A stretch of DNA of 64,000 bases, from positions 94,417 through 158,416 of IMG/VR virus record IMGVR_UViG_3300034072_002212; one strand, written 5' to 3'. This document shows positions 1-9,291 of this stretch, in pieces; the stretch's first letter is position 1; every line of letters starts with the position of its first letter. This DNA is from a virus. Taxonomy: Duplodnaviria > Heunggongvirae > Uroviricota > Caudoviricetes. The translations under genes were made by a program, and so were the position numbers. Below the pieces are notes generated by a model. The model made no database searches, was not told the DNA's origin, and was given only the letters and a program-made list of their open reading frames with translations.

Positions 1-1507
1 GGTAGTTGAGAACCTTGCGATGCTTATCGAAGAAGTCATAGCGGTTCTCGACCTGGAAGGCTTCCTCAACGACGCCCTTCAGCTCAAGAAGCTGAGTTGG
101 CACCTTCGCTGGATCACCCTCATCGTATAGGTCCTGAGATTCATATACACCCTCAAGGTGCACCTGGACATTATGATTCATGAGCATCGCGTAGGTAACC
201 ACGTCCCACGTGGAAGTGAACTTGGGGTCCACGTTCACGCAGATGTCACCCATCTTCAACTGCTCACCAATCTTGGTGCGAACAAAGCGCGAGCCCTCGA
301 CATTGTCCAGACGCTCGTGGAACATCTCCTCGAGAACATCGAGGAATGGACGGTCAGCATCTGGGCCCTTGGGTGGCAGCGGGATCTTGTCACCGTTTGC
401 GTCCAAGAGATACTTGATGCGGCCCTTGCCCGTGCCTAGCATTTCATAGCCAATCTGCTCCACACCCTCATCGTCGATGTAGGTATTGGTTGGCAGATAG
501 TTGCGGCCATCCAGCTTCTCACCCTGGATGCTCCAGCTTTCCTTGTTCAGGTTGTAGCCAAGGAACACCTTGCCATAAGCTGCTAGGGTGAACGGAGAGC
601 TCACGTCGTAGCTGATGGTGAAGTTGGGGTTGATGCTCTCACGCACCTTGCGCTGAATCGTTGTGTAGACGCAACCGTGCTGGAACTTGCCAACACCGAG
701 GAAGTGCATCCAGTCTCGGTCCTGTAGGAGACCATCGTCCCTCATGTCCAGGATACGTCCAAGTGCCATCTCAAAGTTTTCCTTGTGATGGCTTGCCAGC
801 GACCAACCCTCGAAAGGATAGTGCTTGACGTTCTCATACCAGTTCTTGGATTCGCTTGGATTACGACCCTGAACGACGTTCAGGAACTTGGTTGCGCCCG
901 GAACGCGATTGGCAACGAAGTAGTCGTTGTTGATGAGAGTCTGAAGCATGCAGGCATAGAACAGGCGAACGTTCTTGTCCTTGGGATCCTTGCCGTTCTT
1001 GATGATCAGATCATCCAATGCCTGCTTGTTGCCCGAATCAACGACATTGGGATCTAGCGGATGCTCAAGACGTGCGAGGTGCTGGTCGATGTTGCCAATC
1101 TGAATACCACCAGTGGGAAAGTCGAGGATCATCGACCAATCGCAGTTGGCTTCCATCCAGCGCATCATGCGCTCGCGGGTCTTGTCACCCTCGAACTTGA
1201 TAGCACCAGTCTGGATCTGGAATCCACCCGAGTCACCCAGAACGGTCGTTGGGCCGCGATCGCGTCCGGTGACCATGTCCTTGCGCTCAGAGAGGCCGGC
1301 ACTCTTTGCTGCCTGACCCGCCGAGTAGAGCGAGCATGGCAGGTAGAACAGGCTGCTGTTCGGGTTAAAGAAGTTCAGCTCTTCCCTAGGAATGGGAGGC
1401 TCACGCTTCGGGTTCTCCGCGTTCACATAGCGGACATACATTTCGGAGATAGCGGGAGTGAATCGCGCATAGTCGCGATACCGCTTGGAGTAGTCAATTC
1501 CGGGCAT
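1..1507 (-). CDS. TGT/DpdA-family guanine transglycosylase-like protein (partial, runs off window start; not in ORF track)
   Basis: Manual translation from ATG at 1507 (MPGIDYSKRY...) is open to base 1 and contains LGDSGGFQ, FLNVVQG and WMHFLGVG, the hallmark motifs of the TGT TIM-barrel family; TAAATA late promoter at 1555-1560. Confidence 0.75.
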   Translation of the reverse strand, partial: MPGIDYSKRYRDYARFTPAISEMYVRYVNAENPKREPPIPREELNFFNPNSSLFYLPCSLYSAGQAAKSAGLSERKDMVTGRDRGPTTVLGDSGGFQIQTGAIKFEGDKTRERMMRWMEANCDWSMILDFPTGGIQIGNIDQHLARLEHPLDPNVVDSGNKQALDDLIIKNGKDPKDKNVRLFYACMLQTLINNDYFVANRVPGATKFLNVVQGRNPSESKNWYENVKHYPFEGWSLASHHKENFEMALGRILDMRDDGLLQDRDWMHFLGVGKFQHGCVYTTIQRKVRESINPNFTISYDVSSPFTLAAYGKVFLGYNLNKESWSIQGEKLDGRNYLPTNTYIDDEGVEQIGYEMLGTGKGRIKYLLDANGDKIPLPPKGPDADRPFLDVLEEMFHERLDNVEGSRFVRTKIGEQLKMGDICVNVDPKFTSTWDVVTYAMLMNHNVQVHLEGVYESQDLYDEGDPAKVPTQLLELKGVVEEAFQVENRYDFFDKHRKVLNY

Positions 1508-1566
1508 TAACGGCCTCTTGTTCTTTTTCGGGTTAACCTCACTTTAGGCTACCCTATTTAGGCACG

Positions 1567-2403
1567 TCAACTTCTGAATGTAATCCTGGTGATTTTACCC
1601 TGGTCGGCGGGGAGAACCAGCTCATCGTCCTCGAGCTGCTCATAGGCGTTATAGACCCAGAACCTCACCCACATCAAGTTTGCTTCGATGGAATAAGCGT
1701 GGATCCCGGTATTGTGATCGAACTCATGAGTCTCGATGTCGAACCAGTCCCACAGACCTGGAGTGCCTGGCTCAACGGAACCCTGAACCGTCAGCTTGCC
1801 GGTGAAGTTGTCATTGTGGAGCACAACGGTGTGAAGACCCGCGGTGTTTCCAGTCTGCATGGAACCCGGCAATGCGCTGGAAAAGCGGAACGAAGTTTCG
1901 CCCCCGTCTTCTTCCTCAGCAAAGGTGTGGAGATCTTCATACAAGACAGTCTGGCTAGGACGTGGATCAAAGACAGGACCCTGTAGAAGCTCTAGGAAGC
2001 CCCTCTGACACTCGTTGGCATCAACGTAGAGCATATGAGTGGATCCGTCAGTGTTGGTCACTGTGACGCTGTAGCTGTAGGTCTGAAGCAGCCAGTCAGC
2101 CATGATGTCTGGCTCGATGTTGAGCTTGCAGATGCCTTTGGCTTCATTGACAATCTTCAGATCCTTTGTCCACATCAATTTGTTGGTGCGGTGATCATAG
2201 ATGTTGATCTTGGCGCTGCGACCCATCATATTAACGGGCTTGCGGTCGGTGTTTCTAACCACGAACTCGATGGTATTCTGCACGTCTTTGAAGACACGGA
2301 AGTCATTGGTGTTCATGGGCAGGTTCCAATTCACGACGCCATGGGGAAACTCCCTGAGGGTCAGTTCAATCTTGCGCTTCTTGTCGATGAGAAAGACTGT
2401 CAT
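1567..2403 (-). CDS. Virion structural protein with BppU-like N-terminal domain
   Basis: 278 aa; IEFVVRNTDRKPVNM...GICKLNI pattern resembles BppU-N Ig-like domains; late promoter upstream. Confidence 0.45.
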   Translation of the reverse strand: MTVFLIDKKRKIELTLREFPHGVVNWNLPMNTNDFRVFKDVQNTIEFVVRNTDRKPVNMMGRSAKINIYDHRTNKLMWTKDLKIVNEAKGICKLNIEPDIMADWLLQTYSYSVTVTNTDGSTHMLYVDANECQRGFLELLQGPVFDPRPSQTVLYEDLHTFAEEEDGGETSFRFSSALPGSMQTGNTAGLHTVVLHNDNFTGKLTVQGSVEPGTPGLWDWFDIETHEFDHNTGIHAYSIEANLMWVRFWVYNAYEQLEDDELVLPADQGKITRITFRS

Positions 2404-2476
2404 ATGGGCCCTCAGGAAACCCAGATCGGCTGGGCTAAATACCCAGTATTTAGTAGAGAGTTCAGGTCAACCTAAC

Positions 2477-2842
2477 GTGCTGCCACAATTGGAAAACTTC
2501 CCATTCCTCACGCTAGGTCGTTACCTAGAGCAGGAATACCTTGGCATCGTAGGAAACTCTGATAATCAGATCACCTCGATGTATATCTACAACTCTCTGC
2601 CCGATGAAGAGCACAAGAAGCTTTTCCTGCAGCTTGGTGATGAGTGGTGGTGGGAAACAAACCGCCAGATGCCAATCAACGTCACCCTCAAGGATCGCTG
2701 GGCTATCTTCCGCCCATACCTCAAGACCTTCATTACCAGCGATTTCGAGATCATCCAGGGACCTTGCGTGTCCCTAGACACTGTGATGGTCAAGCGCGTC
2801 AAGCGCCGTCAGATTCAGCTTGTTCGCAAGACCGACGACTAA
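2477..2842 (+). CDS. Hypothetical protein
   Basis: GTG start 35 nt after + strand TAAATA (2436-2441); protein-like composition (MLPQLENFPFL...WWWETNRQMPIN). Confidence 0.7.
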   Translation: MLPQLENFPFLTLGRYLEQEYLGIVGNSDNQITSMYIYNSLPDEEHKKLFLQLGDEWWWETNRQMPINVTLKDRWAIFRPYLKTFITSDFEIIQGPCVSLDTVMVKRVKRRQIQLVRKTDD

Positions 2843-3237
2843 AAGGTCAGCCTAAACATCAACGCATCGTTGATGTCCTTAAATGTCCAATTGATATAGC
2901 AGCGCGCATCCGCACCTAGGTGTGGAACTTCAAGCGTGAATGCCCAAGAGTCTTTGATGTTAAGATCAATCCAGTTGAGACATTCTTCAAACACCTGAGC
3001 AAAGGTGTTCTCCGTGACGCTCATATCCATGGAGACTTTGTGCTCATGCTCTTCATCCACAAAGTGGAGAAAACGTCCATCCATAAGATGGATTTCATTG
3101 GCTTGAACAGGGCAAAGCGGAATGCTGTAGATGACTTGCTCAGTTGGATAGAGCGTGGATATCACATCCACTTCAAGTCTCGGACCACCGGGAAGGTGGC
3201 AAGCAACTACCTTCTGGTAGCGTCTATTCGGCACCAC
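2839..3237 (-). CDS. Hypothetical protein (C-terminal F..DAL.F.L motif family)
   Basis: 132 aa ORF in a tightly packed operon; ends WTFKDINDALMFRLTF. Confidence 0.7.
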   Translation of the reverse strand: MVPNRRYQKVVACHLPGGPRLEVDVISTLYPTEQVIYSIPLCPVQANEIHLMDGRFLHFVDEEHEHKVSMDMSVTENTFAQVFEECLNWIDLNIKDSWAFTLEVPHLGADARCYINWTFKDINDALMFRLTF

Positions 3238-3832
3238 TTGGAGTATTCTCCAGCATGAGGTTCATCTGAGTCACGACCACGTGAGCGTAGGAGACCGCGT
3301 GGGCCTTCTTGAAGCCGTACAGGCTCTCATCACCTGGTGTCCAGATCTCTTTCTTGATGTCTTCCCACTCTTGACCAATGAGGTGCTTCTTGCGTGGACG
3401 AATCAACGCCAAGAAGATCGCAATGTCCATAATGCTCCTGGGCTTGTAGGCACTCAAGAGATCGCTTGTTGGAATGCCGTCGATGACACCACCAAGCTGG
3501 AACAACTGTTCAGTGATCAGAGGCTCATCCAAGAGTTCCCACATGGGTTCGCGGGAGATCAGCTCTTGGAGATGTGCTTCGTCCCTTACTCCCTTGTAGA
3601 TGTGGAGGTTGAGGAAGTCCAGCTTGAAGTAGCCGCGTTCCTCTGCCTCTTCATAGGGAATGCTCGCAAAGCCTGTAAGGGGGTCTGTGGGAATGGACTG
3701 TAGGTAAACGCCCACATTGTGCTTGCGAAGGTCATCGCGCTCTACGCGGCTCGCAGGGATATGTAGAATCCCTTTGAGAGCCTCGTCACGATTTGCGAAG
3801 TCAATGTCGACGTCTGGAACAAACTTACCCAT
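3224..3832 (-). CDS. dnaE: Minimal DNA polymerase III alpha (DnaE)-like protein
   Basis: PDVDID, GYFKLDFLNL, LALIRP and YGFKKAHAVSY match DnaE palm/finger motifs (PDxDxD, KxDFLGL, YGFNKSHA..Y); only 202 aa. Confidence 0.8.
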   Translation of the reverse strand: MGKFVPDVDIDFANRDEALKGILHIPASRVERDDLRKHNVGVYLQSIPTDPLTGFASIPYEEAEERGYFKLDFLNLHIYKGVRDEAHLQELISREPMWELLDEPLITEQLFQLGGVIDGIPTSDLLSAYKPRSIMDIAIFLALIRPRKKHLIGQEWEDIKKEIWTPGDESLYGFKKAHAVSYAHVVVTQMNLMLENTPSGAE

Positions 3833-3854
3833 ACGACCAGCTTAAAGAAACTGG

Positions 3855-4205
3855 TTAGCGGGCGTCAATTTTGTTAGCCAATTCTCGCTCGATTTCGCGC
3901 AGCTTGTCCATGATGCGGTTGTTGGCTTTGATCAAACGCTGTTGCTTGGTTTCAAGTTCACGGATCTTGTTGCGCGCTTCCTTGAGCTGTGTCTCCATCT
4001 GAGTCACATACTCAGCCTTGGGAAACGTGTGATATTCCCCATCAATCTCAATCGTCTTGGTGTGGCTGTTCTGAGCCTTAAGACCACCAATCACGCGACT
4101 AGCCATCTTGTCCTTGGACACTGGCGCAGTCGCGGGCTTGGCTGTCTTATTGTCGCGGTAAAGCGGACCGCCATACATCGAGTTGTAGAAGTTATCGTCG
4201 TCCAT
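3855..4205 (-). CDS. Hypothetical coiled-coil protein
   Basis: 116 aa with heptad-rich C-terminal half; operon packing. Confidence 0.65.
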   Translation of the reverse strand: MDDDNFYNSMYGGPLYRDNKTAKPATAPVSKDKMASRVIGGLKAQNSHTKTIEIDGEYHTFPKAEYVTQMETQLKEARNKIRELETKQQRLIKANNRIMDKLREIERELANKIDAR

Positions 4206-4213
4206 GCTTCTAC

Positions 4214-4549
4214 TTATCGGTTGTAGGTGAAGTCTTTCTCAACCAGTGAGGTCTGGCCGTAACGATAACGACCCTTACTCATAAGGTGGATCAACTTTTC
4301 GCCGCCGCTCATATCGTCCATGGCATCCCAATCGATACCAAACTTTGCGTAGGCATCAGCGTCACAGAGTTTGACCTGCATGGCAAGTTTCTGGAGTGCG
4401 GCATCACGCTCTTGGACAGCAAGATCCAAGACAGCCATTGCGGTGTCGTAGGCCGCAAGCGCGCTGGCATAGAACTCGTTGCCAGAACTACGAGCAAAGT
4501 CTGCGATATCAGTCTGGTTAGCGTCGAGGTTGCGCTTGGTCAGCTTCAC
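4214..4549 (-). CDS. Hypothetical protein
   Basis: 111 aa ORF with 4-nt overlap to upstream gene. Confidence 0.6.
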   Translation of the reverse strand: MKLTKRNLDANQTDIADFARSSGNEFYASALAAYDTAMAVLDLAVQERDAALQKLAMQVKLCDADAYAKFGIDWDAMDDMSGGEKLIHLMSKGRYRYGQTSLVEKDFTYNR

Positions 4550-5310
4550 TTGCGCTCTCCCATAACCTTGCGGATCAGACGCATGATGAGACCCTCGTCG
4601 ATGACCGCATCCTTGCCAGGATCACCCTTGTCGCCCTTGTCACCCTTGATTCCCTGCATACCCATTGGTCCCACGGGTCCTGGAACTCCGGGAGGACCGA
4701 CTGGACCCACAGTCCCATAAGGATTGGAGATCGTGGTGTTCACACCAATCCCGCCAACATTTGCAGCATAGGTAGTTGGATAGAAGGTGTTCATCTTGCT
4801 GTTCAGGCTTCCATAGGTAGCGTTGAGGTTCAGCTTGGCACTCAGATAGTCCGCATTATCCTTGGCGGCGCGTTCTGTGACAGCATCCATGTCCGTGAGC
4901 TTCACAGCACTTGCGAGCTTGTTCGCGGCCCTGTGGAGGGCTGTCTGGGCGTCCTCGAACTCCTTGAGGACCTGCTCATAGAGTGGATTCAGCTGATCCG
5001 CACGAGCGATATCAACCATGTGATCAAAGTTATCAATTGGTCGGTAGCCTCGAGGGAAGACAGTCTTCAACGCGTCCAGACGTTCGCGATGCTTGGCCTC
5101 ACGAACTTCCTTTTCACGACGATATTCGTCCATCTTCTCAAGCTCTTCCGGCGTGGGCTGGTAAGGAGCCGCGACGGTCCACTGAGTTCCATCATTCACA
5201 TAATACTGGCCGGAGGAGTCGCTAGTGCAGAGATCGCCAGCATGGCCATAAATGCCAGTACCGAGACCGCCACCGAGCGTACCTGGAGAAGTTTTTGGTA
5301 GAATAGACAT
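4546..5310 (-). CDS. Hypothetical protein with collagen-like Gly-X-Y repeat
   Basis: Start at MSILPK (ATG 5310, overlapping upstream stop); 12 G-X-Y triplets encoded at 4609-4716. Confidence 0.7.
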   Translation of the reverse strand: MSILPKTSPGTLGGGLGTGIYGHAGDLCTSDSSGQYYVNDGTQWTVAAPYQPTPEELEKMDEYRREKEVREAKHRERLDALKTVFPRGYRPIDNFDHMVDIARADQLNPLYEQVLKEFEDAQTALHRAANKLASAVKLTDMDAVTERAAKDNADYLSAKLNLNATYGSLNSKMNTFYPTTYAANVGGIGVNTTISNPYGTVGPVGPPGVPGPVGPMGMQGIKGDKGDKGDPGKDAVIDEGLIMRLIRKVMGERK

Positions 5311-6050
5311 CAAACACCTGCCTCTTCGAGGATCATGCGGATCTGCTCGACCTCTTCCTTGTTGTCCCGGATCTTGGGCAACCAGTACATGGGATTGATC
5401 CACTCTTTCACCAGGTGTAACTGCTCGTCACTCAATCTGTCAAATAGTGGTTGACCCACGCCGCTGTAGAGCAACCAAGGAGAGATTCGCCCCTTGCGAA
5501 TCCACGCTGTTGCCTGTGCGGTTGGAACCTTGCGGAAAAAGTCTACCCAATTCTCACCATACTCTCGTCCCCACTGTTCCATGAGCAGAATGTTGCGCTC
5601 AACGGCCTTCATGGGAGGCTCTTTCTTGGCGAGCTCTCGAGTCCAGGACTCATACCAAACGTCGTTGGTCCAGTCGTCCAGCTTGACACCACCCTTGATC
5701 AAGAATTCGCAGAACCCTGCGGGTTCAATAGCCATGATATTCTCAATGTGACGACCAAACTTGGTGAATGCGGTGAAGTATTGGCTCTCCATGAAGTCTT
5801 CATAGGTCTTGGGCTTCTTGGAGCGCAGACTCAGTTCATAGAACTTCTGGAAGGCCATGAAACCAATACGGATATACTTCTCGTCACGCCACAACCAGCG
5901 ACGCTTCTTCTCGCACATATGAGCCACCAGACTCTTCTCGCGTGCGAAGTCCTTTTTACAGAACTCGCATGTGAAAAGAGGCTTCTTAGGTGCTTCCTTG
6001 GTTTCAGCCTTCTTGGTGCTCTTGGGCTTTGCCACCGCCGCGTTAGCCAT
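5310..6050 (-). CDS. Conserved jumbo-phage protein with N-terminal zinc finger
   Basis: FTCEFCKKDFAREKSLVAHMCEKKRR C2H2/C2HC-like finger. Confidence 0.7.
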   Translation of the reverse strand: MANAAVAKPKSTKKAETKEAPKKPLFTCEFCKKDFAREKSLVAHMCEKKRRWLWRDEKYIRIGFMAFQKFYELSLRSKKPKTYEDFMESQYFTAFTKFGRHIENIMAIEPAGFCEFLIKGGVKLDDWTNDVWYESWTRELAKKEPPMKAVERNILLMEQWGREYGENWVDFFRKVPTAQATAWIRKGRISPWLLYSGVGQPLFDRLSDEQLHLVKEWINPMYWLPKIRDNKEEVEQIRMILEEAGV

Positions 6051-6573
6051 TGGTCTTCTTGAACTCATCAACTAGCGATTTGGCTTCCTTGTCGTCCATA
6101 GCCATGTCCCTGAGGAGTTGCTTGAACGACTCAACGTCATACTTGCTCTTCAGCAGCGCAAGCTCTTCGTCGTTGATCTGAGGATGAAGGTTCAGGAACA
6201 CCTGATCCACCTTGGCCATGGTCTTCTTGCGACTGGCTAAGGGAACCCAACCATGTCGCTGCTGAACACCAGTGCCAGCCGCGCACATGAGGCGCCACTG
6301 AAGATCAGGATGCTTGGCCAGATCCCAGAAGCCCTGGTTCACGAACTCGTTGACGTTCAGGATCGCATCACTGACTTCATCGGGATTGTAGCTGAACACC
6401 ACGCTCTGCCACTTCATGGCGACTAGCGGGCTGAAGGTCTTTGCGAGCTCTTCGGGCTGTTCTTCCAGCCACGTGAACCGCTTCTTGTCAGCCCAATACA
6501 TCTCGTCCTTGATATCAAGGCTGGGTTTCTTTGGTGCGGCTTCCTTTTTGGTGGTTGCTTTCTTTGCTGCCAT
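6043..6573 (-). CDS. Putative clamp-loader small subunit (T4 gp62-like)
   Basis: FSPLVAMKWQS...VNQGFWDLAKHPDLQWRLM...HGWV pattern, size and replication-cluster context. Confidence 0.5.
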   Translation of the reverse strand: MAAKKATTKKEAAPKKPSLDIKDEMYWADKKRFTWLEEQPEELAKTFSPLVAMKWQSVVFSYNPDEVSDAILNVNEFVNQGFWDLAKHPDLQWRLMCAAGTGVQQRHGWVPLASRKKTMAKVDQVFLNLHPQINDEELALLKSKYDVESFKQLLRDMAMDDKEAKSLVDEFKKTNG

Positions 6574-6842
6574 TATGTTCCACCCCAGGTGAGTTTGAAT
6601 AGTAGGGCGTCTCGGACGTTCTCAAATAACCAGAGAAACAGTCCACCCTCGATCTTCCAGTGATCGACGCCTTGTTCCATATCTATCACGATCTTCTGAG
6701 AGCCTTGGTTCATCCAAAAGCCCTCATGACGGCCAGTGAGGTTCGCACGCATCCAGAGGATGATATCCTCTTCCTTGCTATCGTCCCAGGACCAGATAAC
6801 AGGATAGGGTTGAGCAATGGTGATTTTAACTTCCATGCCCAA
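6573..6842 (-). CDS. Hypothetical protein (C-terminal F..DAL.F.L motif family)
   Basis: Ends WLFENVRDALLFKLTWGG. Confidence 0.7.
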   Translation of the reverse strand: MGMEVKITIAQPYPVIWSWDDSKEEDIILWMRANLTGRHEGFWMNQGSQKIVIDMEQGVDHWKIEGGLFLWLFENVRDALLFKLTWGGT

Positions 6843-6872
6843 CCCTAACGTGGTGACCCCTAGAGAGTCAAT

Positions 6873-7160
6873 TTATCGGACCCGTTTGCTCTCGATGAAC
6901 TCGAGAGCCTGGTTCCTCCAATGTTGCCGCCAGCGACGTAGATCCTTCTCTCTGAAGTCTCTTTCCTCTAGCTTAATCTCTGTTCTCCAGAAATAATCCC
7001 TGATGTAGTGGTGCCACACACCCAGGGGGCCGGGTTCAAACTGTTGCTCGATGAAGACCGCAGTGACTTCCTTCAACATGAGCTCTGCGGCTTCTTCAAC
7101 CAATTCAGCGCGCGAAGGCGGATCTAAGTCAACGCCGGGAAGAAGAATCAGTTTGCCCAT
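6873..7160 (-). CDS. Hypothetical protein
   Basis: Start MGKLIL overlaps upstream stop. Confidence 0.6.
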   Translation of the reverse strand: MGKLILLPGVDLDPPSRAELVEEAAELMLKEVTAVFIEQQFEPGPLGVWHHYIRDYFWRTEIKLEERDFREKDLRRWRQHWRNQALEFIESKRVR

Positions 7161-7660
7161 TATACCAGTTGCGTGATGTCCAGAGATTCTGGGATCTTGT
7201 TGGTGTCCTTGACGAAGAAGCAGCAAAGCGGATTCTTGTCATCATCCAGTGGAGCAGCCAGGAGATGCCCATACTTCAGCTTGGGAAAATACCACTTCAC
7301 GTCGGGAAAGACGTTCATGATCTCAATGTCATGAAAGTGTGGCATGTAGCCGTTGATGGGGTTGATGCTGAATGCTTCAAAGGGACGATCGTTGATCTGC
7401 TTCAACGAAATGATCTCGAGGTCACCTGAGTTCTTGTCACCAATCACGATGCTCCAGTCCATTGGCATCTGTATCCTATACTTGCCTAGTCGGAGATCAA
7501 CCGCTGGGCTGTTGAAGGACTCTAGGAACAACAATGGGATGAACTGGTAATCAACATTCTGCTGGTCACTATAGTCCAGCACACAATAACGAATATCATC
7601 CACTTCATCAGGAATGTTATTCATCTCAAAGGTGGTATTGTCAGTAGTTAGGATACGCAT
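7160..7660 (-). CDS. Conserved hypothetical protein downstream of uvsW
   Basis: 166 aa, beta-rich; directly coupled to uvsW. Confidence 0.7.
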   Translation of the reverse strand: MRILTTDNTTFEMNNIPDEVDDIRYCVLDYSDQQNVDYQFIPLLFLESFNSPAVDLRLGKYRIQMPMDWSIVIGDKNSGDLEIISLKQINDRPFEAFSINPINGYMPHFHDIEIMNVFPDVKWYFPKLKYGHLLAAPLDDDKNPLCCFFVKDTNKIPESLDITQLV

Positions 7661-7661
7661 G

Positions 7662-9155
7662 TTACGAAAGGTCCTTGAGGTAGTCGACCTTGATCACCTT
7701 GTGAGGATAATTTGCGGCCTTGTAGGTCTTCTTGCGCTCAGTGACGTGCTTGGCACTGAACTTACAGGTAGACGCGATATCGTAGACTTGGACGAAGTCC
7801 TTGTCCTTGGCTTTACGGATGCCACGACCAATTGACTGAATTACTCGCACAAAGCTCTTACCCGGTTCCACGAGGATCAGGTTGAAAATGCGCGGAATGT
7901 TGATGCCAACTGCCGCCACGCCATAGCTGGCGATAACGATTTGGTTCGTGCCCTGGCCAATTTCCTGATAGGATTCCTGCCTGTCCTTGGCCTTGGTGTT
8001 GCCGTAGACGAACGTTGCTTCTGGCATACGCTCAGCAAGTTGCTTACCAGTTTCAACGCGGTTGACGAGGATCAGAGTGTTACCAGTCTGAGCCGTCTTC
8101 TGCGTGAACTCGCTAATCCAGTCCAAGTGGTTGGGATCAGTGACAAGGAAGTTGTTCTCTTCGTGGAAGCTCTCGAACTCCACGCTGTCCATGAGCTGCA
8201 GGATATCAATCTGGAGGTTAGCGAGAACCTCCATGTCCATGAGCTCCTTGGCCGAGAGACGGTTCACGACGGGACCCAGCGAGGCTAGGATTGAGGTAAA
8301 CTCATGCTCTTCCTTGGGAACAGTGCCCGTGAGGCCCCAGCGGATCGGCACATTCTTGAACGGGCCGCAAAGCAGGTTCTTGAGCTCATTGGCCTTGGCC
8401 ATGTGAGTCTCGTCGACCATGATAGCAACGACGTCCTTGGTGAACGTGTCAATGTCCTGCTGGGTGGGCTTTAGCTTGTTCTTCTTGGAATCCTTGTCCA
8501 GGATTGCCAAGCTCTGCCAGGTGCAGATTGTATGCGTCTTACCATAGTCCTTGCGGTCGCCATAATAGACGCCCACATCCAGACCTAGATTTTTGTAGTC
8601 AGCTTCGGTCTGATCGACCAGGCTCTTGTTGGGAACGATGACGATTGTTCGCCCATGAGCCTCACACAAATGGCTTAGAGTCGCAGTGAGCAGCGTCTTA
8701 CCGGCGCCCGTAGCAATCTCTTGAATGCTTTGTGGATTCTCAAGGAACGCCCTAATGATATCTACCTGGTATGAGCGCAGACCAATCTGCTCACCAGCTG
8801 CTGGGTGACCTTCTGGCCACACTGGATTTGGGGCGTTGTTGGCGATGTAATCTTCGTCAACATATGGAAACTCAAAGGTCCTTGGGACGCGATGATCTTC
8901 CAGTTCAATCTCATAACCATTGTTGATAATGATGTCCAGGACTTTGTCCAGGAGATTGACGTGGGTATTCCCATTGAGAGCAAAGAAGCTGACACAGCCG
9001 TCCCACCTGCCCAGCTTGTAGGCTGGCATGTGGCGTGCTGAATGGATGAAAAACTTCAGCGCGGCATTACAGTCGCGCCGGGTCTTGGCATCCAAGTCTT
9101 CAAATGAAGCATTCACCTCGTCACGGATGACGAGCTTGCATTTCTTGATTGTCAT
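7662..9155 (-). CDS. uvsW: SF2 DNA helicase UvsW
   Basis: LRSYQ Q-motif, ATGAGKT, MVDETH, GLTGT, QSIGRGIR motifs. Confidence 0.92.
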   Translation of the reverse strand: MTIKKCKLVIRDEVNASFEDLDAKTRRDCNAALKFFIHSARHMPAYKLGRWDGCVSFFALNGNTHVNLLDKVLDIIINNGYEIELEDHRVPRTFEFPYVDEDYIANNAPNPVWPEGHPAAGEQIGLRSYQVDIIRAFLENPQSIQEIATGAGKTLLTATLSHLCEAHGRTIVIVPNKSLVDQTEADYKNLGLDVGVYYGDRKDYGKTHTICTWQSLAILDKDSKKNKLKPTQQDIDTFTKDVVAIMVDETHMAKANELKNLLCGPFKNVPIRWGLTGTVPKEEHEFTSILASLGPVVNRLSAKELMDMEVLANLQIDILQLMDSVEFESFHEENNFLVTDPNHLDWISEFTQKTAQTGNTLILVNRVETGKQLAERMPEATFVYGNTKAKDRQESYQEIGQGTNQIVIASYGVAAVGINIPRIFNLILVEPGKSFVRVIQSIGRGIRKAKDKDFVQVYDIASTCKFSAKHVTERKKTYKAANYPHKVIKVDYLKDLS

Positions 9156-9291
9156 TGCGACCCTCTTTGTTCTGTTCTTGCGGGTCGTAGGAAAGCCCTA
9201 CTGTTACCTCCTGAATATACGGAGTCCAGTAGGGCTGCGTCTATAAACTGGAGGCTATGCCGCCCCCATATTTATCGAAAAATCCAGCTTT

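Noticed and set aside
158-1510. Several short plus-strand ORFs at the window start
   Set aside because: Shadows of the minus-strand TGT-like gene, which the track omitted because it lacks a stop in the window
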